A stretch of 63,357 bases of DNA, counting the filler, from Octopus bimaculoides (Eukaryota), in the NCBI RefSeq assembly GCF_001194135.2. It is 5 parts of 5 records of this genome, joined end to end, with 100 filler letters (N's around TTAATTAATTAA, not from the genome) between each part and the next. Parts side by side here need not be neighbours in the genome. Positions count along the whole stretch, not along the records: positions 27,037 to 51,893 come from NC_068985.1; 4 more parts are not named here. One strand, written 5' to 3'. The stretch's first letter is position 1; each line of letters starts with the position of its first letter. A program made the position numbers and the translations under genes. Below, one piece after another: positions 38,540 through 51,146 of this stretch. The notes beneath the pieces were generated by a model, which had not been told where the DNA came from, searched no databases, and was given only the letters and a program-made list of their open reading frames with translations.

Positions 38540-39990
38540 AATCCAACCTTTCAAAGATGGTTTCCACTCGGCCCATTTCAAACTCAGCTTGACAGCACCG
38601 TTCGTATCGTAGTTCTCATTCCTATCCATCGGAAGATCTGGCATGAACTAGACCATAAGGATTTCAACAAGACATCGGTCCAGCTAATTTCGATACTAAT
38701 TGACGTGAATTTCCTCTGCAGATGCCAATTTACAAAAACCACCGACATGATTTAATCACTATGTGCTGCCACTTTCACCCAGTATTCCTGTTGTATAGTG
38801 CAAAAAATAAAATACCCGAGGTCTTCGATAATGTCACATTGTCAGTATCTACGAATGCTGCAAATTTCATGTCATTTTTATTTGTATAACACCCCAGTAC
38901 CTCTATTTCCACGGGAGTGCCTAGAGAACTAAAATGTACTGAAGAGATGTGGATGGCGTGAGTGTATGACTTCAAAATAATTGAAGAAGGTGAATATTAA
39001 ATAATGCTTATCACACAGCTTGCGGCTGTATTTCGAAGCTACTCATCTTACGGAAACCAAATCATTTGCTTTAGAAGAACCTGCCAAGTAAACTATGCTT
39101 TGGATTCATCCAATTTGAACAGTAAACTCACCGAATCCACGCAATTACCACGATGTCTACAATGAATCGCATGAATATATTGGTACATATTGATCTATCG
39201 TGACTCACATAAGTCTATGTGGGAGTGAAAGGCCCCGTGTGAACATGACATACGAAAAAATAAAAGGTGTCGGTTAAAAAGACAGCGCTCGAGGGGTCGA
39301 ACCATACCTGTTCTTTTTAATCTCATTTGTCTTTGTCGTATGTTATTGTCCTTTGTGTCCTATTCGTGGTATTGTTTGCCATTTAAATTTTTTAATTTCA
39401 TCTTGTTGTATATGACCCCCAGATCATATTGCACTGTTCCATCTTTGTGCGTCCGTAATGGGTAGTCATAAACTCACTCACATAAGTCTATGTAAATGAC
39501 GTTAAGCACGAACCATTTTGCGGACACTTTGGCCAAAATCTTAAACTCTGCATTCAGCAGAGATGTATCTAGGACTTCATCGAAGATATTCCCTTTGTTT
39601 TTGCCCTTCGGTAGCAGCACCATTGCCTTGCTAATACAGTATACTGCCAGGCGTAGATAGGTGTTATTAAGACTGTACCAAATGAATTTGGTATTTATCC
39701 AGTAAAGCACGTACGTCAGACCATCCAAAAAAGTGATTTGTTTGTTGTACAGTCAGTCAACGTTAATTGTAGTTAAACTGCTTTTTGTAATACTTTTTTT
39801 TCCGCAAGTCTCCACAGTTTCACGAGATGAGTAGTAGCCCTACAGTCTGAAAATCCCCACATCCACTTGTACAAAGTGCTGCTGGAAAACATATCTACAT
39901 GTGCTGAAATTGAATAGCACCAGTCACTCTTTGTCGAAAACCTAACTATGGCTTCCTTGCCATGTTGTAGATTTACCAAAGCCTCGTTAT
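38540..39990 (-). mobile_element. Decayed L1/Tx1-type LINE RT region
   Basis: DGLTY..VLLPKGKNKG..SLLNAEFKILAKVSAK (39474-39728); RSICTNIFMRFIVD; KFAAFVD; interrupted at 39221-39475. Confidence 0.75.
39221..39475. mobile_element. Unclassified 255-bp insertion flanked by an 18-bp direct repeat
   Basis: ACTCACATAAGTCTATGT at 39203-39220 and 39476-39493. Confidence 0.7.
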
Positions 39991-40005
39991 TAAAACTGCA
40001 TAAAA

Positions 40006-40217
40006 CAGTGAGCTGGCAGAATCGTTAGCATGCCGAGCAAAATGCTTGCCGGCATTTCGTCCGTCTTCACGTTCTGAGTTTAAATTCTGCCGAGGTCGAC
40101 TTTGCTTTTCATTCTTTTGGGGTCGATAAAATAAATACTACTGGAGCATTGGGGTCGATGTAATCGACATGCAGAGTCTCAGAACTTGCTGGCCTTGTGC
40201 CAAAATTTGAAATCATT
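40006..40217 (+). mobile_element. tRNA-derived SINE (family S2)
   Basis: GAGCTGGCAGAATCGTTAGCATGCCG..GTTCTGAGTTTAAATTCTGCCGAGGTCGACTTTGC..GGGGTCGATGTAATCGAC..GCTGGCCTTGTGCCAAAATTTGAAA. Confidence 0.85.
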
Positions 40218-40542
40218 AGTAACACGGCATGCTTGATGTCACTTATCGGTGATTTCTTACTGGGAATCAGTTTTCAGCAAACACTAAAAGGGGAAAAAGC
40301 GTGAGGGGTGATTTTATTACGAAAATATATTTTAGGTTATCAGTAACAAAAAATTATAATAAATGTATTAGTGATAAGAAAACATTGATTAATGTATCAG
40401 AAAATTTGTATAATTCAATAAATATTAACTAGATATACAGTTTTTCAATATGATGAAGAATATTTGTGTATTCGCTGCTCTGCTCCTCAGCGAACAGTAA
40501 ACATTGGAATGTATAGAATGGTATATACTTCTTTCAATATTG

Positions 40543-40670
40543 TCACAAGGCCAGTAATTTTGAAGTCAGGAGACAAATAGATTACATCAGTGCCAGTACT
40601 TGAATGGTTCTTAATTTATTGACTCCGAAAGGATGACTGGTAACGTCGACCTCGTCAGAATTTATGCTCA
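40543..40670 (-). mobile_element. Old SINE S2 fragment
   Basis: Reverse complement similarity to 40070-40210. Confidence 0.5.
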
Positions 40671-41566
40671 TATATTTGGTATATGTCAGAGCCAATTATG
40701 TCCTGGAGTTGACTTTAAACTGCATCTGGTAGTGGAGCCCTGGTGTAAAAGTTCAGAGGTTTTGAGTAGTGTGGAACCACAACTTAGCTACTATTGTTCA
40801 CAGGTCTAATCTGACTCGAAGTAGTAGCACTTGTCAGGCTACTAGCGATGGGATAATTAGCATGTACATTATGCTGAGGTTACCTGTGAATATGGGACCA
40901 AATCAAAATGGCCTCCTGACACCCAAGTCAGCGTTACACTGAAATCATGGGATGCAGCATGTTAGATGTTAACTATTTAGGCAGATGAATTTATTGAGTC
41001 CAAAGAGAGTATCATTAGATGCCGAGCGAATGAACAGTCAACTGACCAGTATCAACCAGTTCAGTCAGCAAGCTATTGCTATCATCATTATATGTGAGAT
41101 GAGATGAGACATTCAGCTATCGAAAGACCAATATGACTTATTCGTCCCAGCAAGTCACCCGACCGGATGTTGAAGATGAGATACAGTTATGATATACGGA
41201 ATATAGACAATATTGAGTGTTATTAATATGCATAATTTTATATGTGACAGTTACGGATGTGTTTTTTTAATTTTTTTATTTTACTGTTGGAGAAACAAGA
41301 TTGAACAATTAGCACCATAGTGATTAATTGCCAAAGAATCAACATTATTAAGTGAGTTACTTTATTGTAAGCCAAGAGTGTTTACTGCTATGAGTCATGT
41401 ACAGAAACTATATTAAACAGAATATATTGGTTTCTCTATGTTATATATTATCGTACAGAAAGAGAGAGACTTACAATGTTAGCCATTATAAATTGGGATG
41501 GTAATACAAACATACACGCGCGCGCGTGTGTGTGTGTGTGTGTACTTATATATATATATATAAGCA

Positions 41567-42410
41567 AAATAGGGATCTAGACAGTCTCATTCGCAAAATG
41601 AGGCCTCTTTGATTTTATTCAGATTATTTTCAGTTTTGGTGTATCGATACAACTCTGAATTTTGATTACGAGATAAAGAAATTGGTCGATCGCAAATTAA
41701 AGAATCTGATGTTATTTGGAATTAAGGTTGAGGAATTTGGGTAATTTTAGCCAATCAACAGACAGCTTGGCATTAGCAGCTTGTTACCATAACAACCGCA
41801 CACTGTGTTGTGTTTCACTTCACCCGTGTCTTTGAAGCACGTAATCAATAGCGTAAAAAATTTGTGGCGGCGTATTGAACAGATTTTCACCAAATTTGGC
41901 AAAAATACTCATAACCCTAACCCTAAACCTAATCCTAACCCTAAAACCCAAACTCTAACTCTAAAACCCGAACCCTAACTNNNNNNNNNNAAACCTAATC
42001 CTAACCCTAAAACCCAAACTCTAACTCTAAAACCCGAACCCTAACCCTAAAACCCTAAAGCTAAAACCAGTACAAACGCACGAACGATGTCATAAATAAC
42101 AGTACCGCCAATAGTTGTTCTTGACAAACAACGGCACTAATTTTATTCAAAGGAAAAGATCCCATTACACCACACAACGTTTTGTTGACAATCCATAGCA
42201 GTAATTGTTTTCACTTCAATAGACGTCAGTGATTGGTTGAAATTACCGAAATGCGACAACTTCTAATATGAAATAACTTCGAATATAAAATTGTTTCTCT
42301 GTTCTGTAAGACAAAATATACAAGTATACGAAGTTTTAAAGTGTTTCGGTAGAAAACACACTAAATAAAACATAAATAAAAAATGGTGCCCGCCAAATCA
42401 GAAAGATCCA
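41567..42410. mobile_element. Putative non-autonomous element with short GGATCT/AGATCC ends and an internal degenerate telomere-like tract
   Basis: AATAGGGATCT at about 41568; AGATCCCATT near 42157 and AGATCCATT near 42404; (CCCTAA)-like tract 41912-42068. Confidence 0.45.
41912..42068 (+). repeat. Degenerate interstitial (CCCTAA)n-like repeat
   Basis: TAACCCTAACCCTAAACCTAATCCTAACCCTAAAACCC..; partly duplicated across a 10-N gap. Confidence 0.85.
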
Positions 42411-44602
42411 TTTATACTCCGACTTGCAAACTTGAACGAATACTTGCAAGAATCACTGATTCCTAGAAATTGTGCATCTGAAGACTCAATTTTCAGTCGT
42501 ATTTGAGAACGACAGAAAAATGGAGCAAGGTACAACCAGAAACCTTGTATAGTTCACTGAATCAGCATGTATCACCCAGACATATTTTTAAATGCGGTAA
42601 AGGATATTCGTATATAAATTGCAGCCTTTTTACACTGGCAGATAATTTCTAATGCATATTAAGCTTGAATTTGAATGAATATGTTAAACAAGTAATAGAG
42701 AGGAAAGTGAATACGATTAATAAATATTTTGCTTCCTGTACGAAATTTTAAATGTTTTTTTAAAGAAGCAGGAGTAAACAGTTGATTCCATAGTGATGAA
42801 ACGAGAATAAGTGGTTTGTTTTAAAGTGCAAACGAAATGGATATATCGATTACGGGATGGGTAAAGAATATATTTACAATGTGCGGTTGTAAATGGAAAA
42901 AAAAACCCATATATTTATTGAGTAGATAAAAGGTAATATAATACAGTACTAGAAGTATTAACTAGAAAAATTCGGTACTTGGATAGAAAAATACATACTA
43001 GCCAGTGGTTTTTGCAGAATTCTATGTCTGGTCGAAACTTCCTACTTTCTAAACCTGCAGATGGATAGAGCTGAGTTGTATTGAATACATCCGGGTTTTT
43101 ACATCAACAGTCTGACAAAAATCTAACCTGAAAGGTTGGGCAATGTTTATAAACACCTACGTTGTTCCCAGATAAATTACTAGGTTTCCGCGATATTTGT
43201 TTGCATGCTATATCTGACAAGTGTGAACTGTCTGGTTTACCGTTTCTTGCAGAAAAGACAGCTTCCTTTCGTCACAAAGTTTCTCTCCTACTAACACTCA
43301 CTCCACTTTTGTATCTGTATATTCTGGTTGATTATGCAAGGGGAATGACAATTTTCATAGATTTAGTGCATGCATCATTGCAATAAGTTCATATTCTGGT
43401 TACCTGGATGTATATCGGAGGGCAAGTTGGTAAAAAGTTGGTAAAATAACCTAGAAAAGAAGTGACATGAGGTTATTGAGCTACTGCTCAAAGAAGGCTT
43501 GCTATGAACATTTTTAAAAAATAGAAAATCGATTATTTTCGCAGCAACTCAATTCCCTACAGAAACGACTTTATATTACGAGCAGCTGATATATTTGCTA
43601 CCTCTTTTACGATCATAATAGATAAAGGCAAGTCACAAATCTTTCCACACAATTTCCGTCTACCAAAATTCAGTCACAAGGCTTTGGCATAGTGTGATCG
43701 AGTTTGTATCCACCTAACTACGAAGGGAGCCTCTTAATCATACAACTATGTCTGCACTCTGTATAAAAAGTAGACTGAGAAATAATTAGATAGAAAGTTG
43801 GCATCCGTCTGAAAAGGCAAAGATAACAATGTCAGATCAAATAAAATGATTGGACAATAGTATGAAAAAAATAAGTAACTGAAGAATTAATCTAAAATTC
43901 TAGAACTGGGAATGAATTCAGATTTCGTTCTCTCGTTCTCATCAATCATTTCCGATAGTTTAATAAGAAAATATAAAGAAAAAAATAATCTTTGCTAAAT
44001 GCCTCACGTTTAAATGTGTGAATGAGAAATTTCACGGACAATCCCATCAAAGACGTTTCTGAGTTAACTCATACTTATTCTTGAAGTAAACAGGAACTAG
44101 CTGCTAACACACAATACGTATTGAGATTTTTAATGCTTACACCTGGGAAATTCTATGTAGAAAATTGAATAATGCTTCCTCAAACTATATATATCTTTCT
44201 TCAGAATATTTCTTTAAGCTATTTTTTTTTTCACTGTTGCTTTCATGGTCAGCGCTTGTAGCTATTGTTCTTTTTGTTAGTCTGCACTCGTATAACAGAT
44301 ATAAATAAGTCTGGCATAACAGAAGTCTAGAACGTTCGCTTTTGTATAGCTGAAAACAGAGTCACAGGAGAGAAAAAGAAAAGACAATAAAAATTACAAT
44401 ACAACAAGGAATTCGGGTCTTCTGAATAAAGCATTCCGTCAGATGTATTATTTTCATATCTGAATTGAAGACACATTTATGTGTTCTAATTATATCTTCG
44501 TATTCTTATATGTGAGTTCACACCTTTCTGTTTGGTGCTATACACTTGTTCTAGAAACGAAAAAGAATACAATTCAAGGAAAGATAATTCAAAGAAATAA
44601 AA

Positions 44603-44818
44603 AGGTGGTGAGTCGGCAGAATGGTTAGCATGCCGGGCAAATTGCTTACCAATATTTCATCCATCTTTACGTTCTGTGTTCAAATTCCACCGAAGTCGAT
44701 TTTGCCTTTCAGCCTTTCGGGGTCGATGAAATAAGTACCAGTTGAACACTGGGGTCGATGTAATAGACTTATCCCCCACCTCAAAATTGCTGGCCTTCGT
44801 GCGAAAATCTGAAAACAA
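44603..44818 (+). mobile_element. tRNA-derived SINE (family S2)
   Basis: Colinear with 40006-40217. Confidence 0.85.
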
Positions 44819-45404
44819 TAAAGATCTAAAATGTTACCGTAAGTCTAAATAATATGATGTCTTCTCTCTAAACTTTTAATGTAAGGTAGATAAATTTATC
44901 AAAGAAGAAACTCTATGTAAGTCCAAGTAAACTTTCTATAATAGACTCAAGCGATAAATTTTGTCCAGTTATAGTGGAGATGAAGTATACATGCTTATAG
45001 TCAGCATAACATAAACAGTGAAAATGACATATTTTGAATAGATTTATGGCTCCAGGTTTATCGTGAAGCAGATATGGAATGTTGTTAGGGACATGGCTGG
45101 CGTAATTGAAGTGGAATATTTTCCCAGCCCGTCATGTAGCTGCCATCAAAAACCTCATTGTGTAAACTCAAGACTTTTTTTTTTAATAAAAACATTGCTA
45201 GTAAATGATGTTAAACGTCTCTAAGGCGCTGCTCGATATTTTATTATTGAAAGTAAAGGTTAACTATTTAAGCTTCTATGTAATATATTTTGCAAAACAG
45301 GAAACAAACTGCGTGTCAAAACGATACGATGAAAAGTAAATGTAATGTTCGAGTTCTCTCAGGGATACTAGTGACGTAAATCAAGAAAATGAGATTCACT
45401 TGCT

Positions 45405-45481
45405 GAGCCAAGCCTTTTGAGCCAAGCCTTTTGAGCCAAGCCTTTTGAGCCAAGCCTTTTGAGCCAAGCCTTTTGAGCCAA
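45405..45481. repeat. Perfect 14-bp minisatellite (GAGCCAAGCCTTTT) x5.5
   Basis: Direct reading; no spacers. Confidence 0.95.
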
Positions 45482-45622
45482 ACCTCTCGCTGAATGATGT
45501 TTGCGACAGTTTTATCAATAACGTTGTCAAAATTTAACTCTTGAAATAAATTGAAGAATTTGTATAAATATTTTTATCTTAGAAACTTCACATAAACATA
45601 GATGATCGCTATACTGATAATA

Positions 45623-45809
45623 CAGTTCTATATTTAAGAGATGAGGAACTATTTACATTATTTACATTTGACGGATATTTGTCCTCATCTTGTTTGTTGT
45701 TAACACAGCGTTTCGGCTGATATACCCTCCAGCCTTCATCAGGTGTCTTGAGAAAATTTCGAACCTGAGTTCTCATTCCTAAGGTATTTTTAACCACTAC
45801 GCCATATGC
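45623..45809 (-). mobile_element. Hammerhead-bearing short element (copy 2; head cut to 20 nt, tract deleted)
   Basis: Minus strand: GCATATGGCGTAGTGGTTAA joined to AAATACCTTAGGAATGAGAAC..GACACCTGATGAAGGCTGGAGGGTATATCAGCCGAAACGCTGTGTT..TATCCGTCAAATGTAAATAA. Confidence 0.8.
45702..45747 (-). ncRNA. Minimal type I hammerhead ribozyme motif (canonical CUGAUGA/GAAA; U16.1C)
   Basis: GACAC-CTGATGA-A-GGCTG(GAGGGTATAT)CAGCC-GAAACGCT-GTGTT. Confidence 0.75.
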
Positions 45810-45813
45810 ACAC

Positions 45814-45884
45814 GGGCATATGACGTAGTGCTTAAGAGCGCGGGTTACTAACCCCAAGATTCCGAGTTCTATTCCAGACAGTGA

Positions 45885-45959
<75 letters not shown>

Positions 45960-46070
45960 CAACAACATCGAAAAATACCTTAGGAATGAGAAACTAGGTT
46001 CGAGATTTCCCCAAACGTTGTGTTAGCAACAATCAAGATGAGGACAAATATCCGTCAAATGTAAATAACG
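45814..46070 (+). mobile_element. Hammerhead-family short element (copy 3): tRNA-like head + (AAT)n + tail with ribozyme core deleted
   Basis: A-box-like TGACGTAGTGC, B-box-like GAGTTCTATTCC (45864-45875), (AAT)n 45889-45955, tail with deletion between TTTCCCC and AAACGTTGTGTT. Confidence 0.8.
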
Positions 46071-46882
46071 CTGTGCTGATAACCCCTGCCAAAACAGAAA
46101 CTACACCTACAACTCACCGGAACACGAATTCTATAATTATACTATACCTCAGCTGTCCAAGTCACACACACTATATACTAACTTCTCCCAAGACAGTATC
46201 TATGACTATTAAAATTCCTTGTCCCTTTTGGTCATGTCTATTACCTTTTAATCTCACACTATTTCTTTTCCAATGTTTCTAATATGAACCTGCCTTTTGA
46301 ACTGCTCTACGAACTTCTCCAGCCGTCAGCAAATACTTAACGTTCATCTTGCATTGAAGACATCTATCTCAATAACGATCCTTTGGAATAATCAACCTCT
46401 GTGGCCGACCGTCTATTTACAGGCAATAAGTGTGCTCGATCAGAATTAATCTGAGTAGTGGTAACAACAATCTCAATGCACTCTATGTTTCATTTTACCT
46501 GTTGAACCACTTCCATACTGATAAAAACTGGCTACGCTACACTGTTGCCAGAAGTTACTTTTCTGACTTATCCGTGACCCAGAATAAATACTATTGAACA
46601 TTTTATTACATTTAAACACTACCTCCAATACGTCATTCTAATTTCTACTCCATAGGATAGTTTGGTGATTGTTTGATAAACCAAACCACCTCATATGATC
46701 CTATCATACAGCTGCCCTTATGACTGAATAACTTGATACTTCATGTCTATAGCGACTATCCATAACAGAAATTGTACTTGTACTTTATCTTTTGTCTATC
46801 AGCGATAGCTAAGCGACTTCCTTAATATCATGTTCGGTATGTCCATTCACATTCGCAACACAACGAAAGAACACATTCTTAA

Positions 46883-47478
46883 ATTTAGCCATTTTAAAAT
46901 TCTTATAATAGCATGAAATTATCACTTTACCGTACTGAGTAAAGAAAATTCATCCTTCGTTCATTCTATGGCCTACCACCTTCTCTTTAAATTGAAGTCG
47001 AATCTTCTACTTGACAAATACACCTCTTCCGATATTACAGTATCTTCTTAGTAACAAGTCCTAATAAGGACGGAGTTCATAATCAACACTCCTCAAATAG
47101 TTTGTTTCTAACAAGTAACAACTATTTACACACCACACAGCTAATTTCAACAACCGTTTTTGACCATAATCCTCTTTACCCCTAAACAGTACGCTTCCAT
47201 GTTCGCTGATATCCTTCCCGAACTTGACAATATTTTCTCCTTTATGGGCATCTGATTAATGTATCCATTCCACGAAAAGGGGAAACAACGTTAATTCAGT
47301 TGGAGGCTACCACAAACAAGTATCTATTTTAACAACTGGAATTTCTTTCCCTTCTAAGTGATCGTCATGCTGAGGATCACACAGAAGACAGATCAGATCA
47401 ACTAAGAATGAATTTTCTTTACTCAGTACGGTAAAGTGATAATTTCATGCTATTATAAGAATTTTAAAATGGCTAAAT
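46883..47478. repeat. Perfect 71-bp inverted repeat with 454-bp spacer
   Basis: 46883-46953 is the exact reverse complement of 47408-47478 by eye. Confidence 0.9.
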
Positions 47479-50400
47479 CTCCACGTGATTCTGCAGCAGT
47501 TGCCTGCTGCTTCTATAAATATTATGTAAATTACGATCTGTCAATTTCGTCACTAAAAAGTTTATCAAATTAAAGTCTGATGTAAACTGAATTACCCCTT
47601 TGATTATTTTACTTTTATTTAATAGCATCAATCATTGGTATGGGATATAGTCTATGATTTGAAGCACTCAATATGGGTGCGACGGCTTCTGGTGCTTAAG
47701 ATATACTTAAGTATTAGTTGTTTATCTTTGCAGAATATAAGCAACATTTGAAAGAACAAATGTCTTCTACCTGAGACTCCCAGCCAATTCCATTTCCACA
47801 GAAACCTTTGAAATTATTTCGAGCTGTACTAACTAAACTGTAACTAAGATAAAACCACTTTCATTCGGTCAACGAGTATAGTTGTAACATTTGTGTCAAC
47901 ATCTCCAAATAACTGATCGCGAAAAGTGTTCATGAAAACAAGATTTCTTCAGGAACTCAAATTACACTGTAACTTCAAAATCATTATGGTCGACATAAAG
48001 CAAGATGAAAATGTTCGTTATTTATTCATAATCAGAATATCTCCAGTCAGTATAAAACCAGATTATTAGAAAACAAAACCTTTAATTTAGACCGTGTCTT
48101 ACAAGTAGCTATGATAAATTCTTAGGCATAGAATTCTGCTCTGTGGACAGACATTAATGAAAACTAAAAACAAAAAAAAAAACGAAAAAGAAACCAGAAT
48201 TCTTGTGCAGCATCACCTCCTCGGTGTTGTTTCTAGGAGATTTTTTTCCGCGACGTAAGCGTACCTAATGATCAGCTCGCTATACTACTTGTTTCAAGTG
48301 TAAAGAAAAAAAAAGACAATTTTCAAATATTTGTAGATACTCGAAGCAGCTAGTAAGCGCTTCTGTTCTCTCTGCAAGACTTATTTATAAACTTTCTTCT
48401 TAAAAATAAAATCAGTGACTCGGCTGTTCGCAAAACTTCTGTTAAAAAAGTCAGCGATATAAAAAGAGTGTAGAGATCGAGAGAAAGATTACAAAAATGA
48501 AAAATGTAATTAGAGTCAAGTTATCACAGGGTGAGAAAGTACCTAGGACGACAGGGCGGTCTTGCTCGAGAGAGACAGTTGTGAAAGGTTAAAGGAACAA
48601 TTTAGAGAAAAAATTGAAATAACGCCATTACACGTTCGATTCGACGAGATGCCATCAGTGGTGGCATTTGAAGATATAAAATATTTACTGTGAAAGTAAG
48701 TGAAATATTTAAAAATAATAACTTTTAAAACAAAAAAAAAAATGCAAAATAAGAATAATGAACTGTAATGTTAATATGTGATACAAAAACAGTAAAATGG
48801 AACTACCTGTTTTGAGGGTAGGAAAGCCATATTTTCGTGCAACCTAATGGTTACTCAAACTTATTCTTTTTTACCTTAAATATTTGTCTACTGAAGTTGA
48901 ACTCGGTGTCCCCAACAGAACTTGCCGGTTTGCTGTGTGCCTTCGCTAAGGTTTGAACCACCAAGAAACTTCTTTAATATGGCCAAATGTCAAACCTGTG
49001 ATTACGAAATTTCTTTAAATTCAGATCATCTCATCCCTAGTTAATTCAATTGGAAAGGACTAAAGTGTTGAAAGAAAATATCATCGAGCAAAGAGACACA
49101 ATCTGGTGAGGTTCTTGTGGTTAACGGTTATAGTAAAAAGTGGGTTAGTAGCTCTTTGCCTCGAAATTATTTATAAATCACCCACTCACATGGTGTCTCA
49201 CTGCCCAAATTTAACCATTTATTTAACAAACAATTCAGTATTATCGACTTACGTCTTAATTAGACTGCGTTGCATTGCATTCCCATAACAAGGAATTCAA
49301 CACTTTTATGGTAGGACAATTGTTCCAGTTTAAGCGCATTAGTTTTCAAACAGTGATGCATGTTAAAAAATATTATAGAAATCTTATTTGTGAAAACGAG
49401 TCAAAAGCACGTACTCCTATTTAAATGACAGCTCCATTTGTGGAAAGACGAAAGCGGAACAGAAACATGAATTATCTAAATTTTTAGAACTTGTTCGCGA
49501 ATCTAATATGGCAGTGAATAATGATAAATGTAAATTTCTTGAGAAAATTTTTTGAAAAAATTCTGTGTTGTAAAATTAGTCATAACGAATTACGTCCTGA
49601 CACCTCATGTTTAATTCCAATTAAAGAAATGCCCGTGCCTGCTAATAAATGGTCCTTATGTCAGGTTATGGGTCTGTTCATTTATTATTCTTGATCGATT
49701 CCTCATTTCTCTGAAAGACTAACCTGTAATTTGTGCTCAATTACTGCTCTTTGAGGAAGCTGTAAGGAGCTGTTTTGAAGTCTGTCAAGTCGACGAGCAT
49801 ATGACGTTTGTTGTCAAAATGTACGCCTCTAAGGCCATCACCGAGGTTTCTTTTAATTAAAATGACTGCTATGAAAAATTATTCTACGGTGGAGAAAGCG
49901 GCTTACGCGGTATTTGAGACTGTCACAAAAGAGTATCGCTTTATCATAAGTAGACGATATACCGCAGTAACTTGCGAAAATTTTGGAAAATGAGAATATA
50001 TAAAGCGATAACCATTCTTACTACTCCTCTACAAAATCTTCCGTTAGCTTTGAGCCTTTATTTAATGTTATTGCAGATGCACTCTTGTGTGATGCTTGTG
50101 ACACTACTTCGTAGACTAACCTTTAATAATTCCACAAATCTCCGTTAGTCTTTTAGCTGCATGTTTAGTTCATAACATTTCTTATTCGGTGTACCCAATT
50201 TATCTTAAGACATGCACAGTATATGTAAAGATAAATTTTCGTAACACTAATTCATTTTACAGCTGTTCTGCGATTATTGGAGTTAATGATTTTTTTTTTA
50301 AAGCAGAAGTGGGTTACCAGTTGGCACATTTTGTTCGAATATGAAATCATCTTCATTTGGCGGAGAATATTAATCACGTTGTTTCCAAATGCCGAAGCCA

Positions 50401-50829
50401 CGATGCCATTGTGCACAATCACGTCAGCTTGACAGATCAATAAATATTCCTGGTCGCATAAGAATTGATTTTAAGGCTATATTTTCTTCATTGTAAAGGT
50501 GATAAATATCTTGAGATTTGAAAAAAAAAAAAAAAACCTATTATTGATTGGCATTGAGGAATATTCTCGTTTTCTATTTATTTTCTCTTTTCGCCAAATT
50601 TTTCGTCGATAATACAATAGTATTATTGACATTATATTGTATTTCCAGTTTACTTGTATTTGAACCCTCAAATCGAGGATTCGTTTATGAGAGGAATCGA
50701 AGTATGGCAGGTGGACCGGTACTAACTCGGGTAATAAGTTGTAAGTCAGGCGGCGTATAATTACGTCGACCTATTTAAAGCATGTACATTGCGTGTGTAC
50801 ATTTACGTCAACCGTTTTAAAAGGGTTAA

Positions 50830-51010
50830 GGTACAAACCAACAATTTTGAGACAAAAGAGTTAGTAGTCGGTTCCATCGATGCAGGTATTTGACTAATAC
50901 TATATCATATCGACCCCGGAAGACAGAGTTGATCTCAAAGGGATTTGAACTCGGAACATAGAGAGCAAGAAAAATACCGAAAAGCACCTTTCCGGTGCTC
51001 TTACAGTTCT
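50830..51010 (-). mobile_element. Old SINE S2 fragment
   Basis: Reverse complement shows GTTCCGAGTTCAAATCCC..GGGGTCGATATGA. Confidence 0.5.
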
Positions 51011-51146
51011 GATAGCACGTTGGTTTCCTCTAAACAAGTGCCACCGTCGCTTCGACTTCTATAAAACTTTCTGACAGTTCTGTCAATAGAATTCTGTGAT
51101 TTAAAATTTACATTAGACTTATTTTATTCTTGGGTTATTTACTTTA

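Noticed and set aside
41925-42046. 56-bp direct repeat across a 10-N gap
   Set aside because: Typical unmerged contig overlap, not a real duplication.
45405-45481. CRISPR-like regular repeat
   Set aside because: No spacers, eukaryotic context, no cas genes; simple minisatellite.
46100-46860. Possible very old RTE RT C-terminus on the minus strand
   Set aside because: Only a GWRKF-like trace; too degraded to call.
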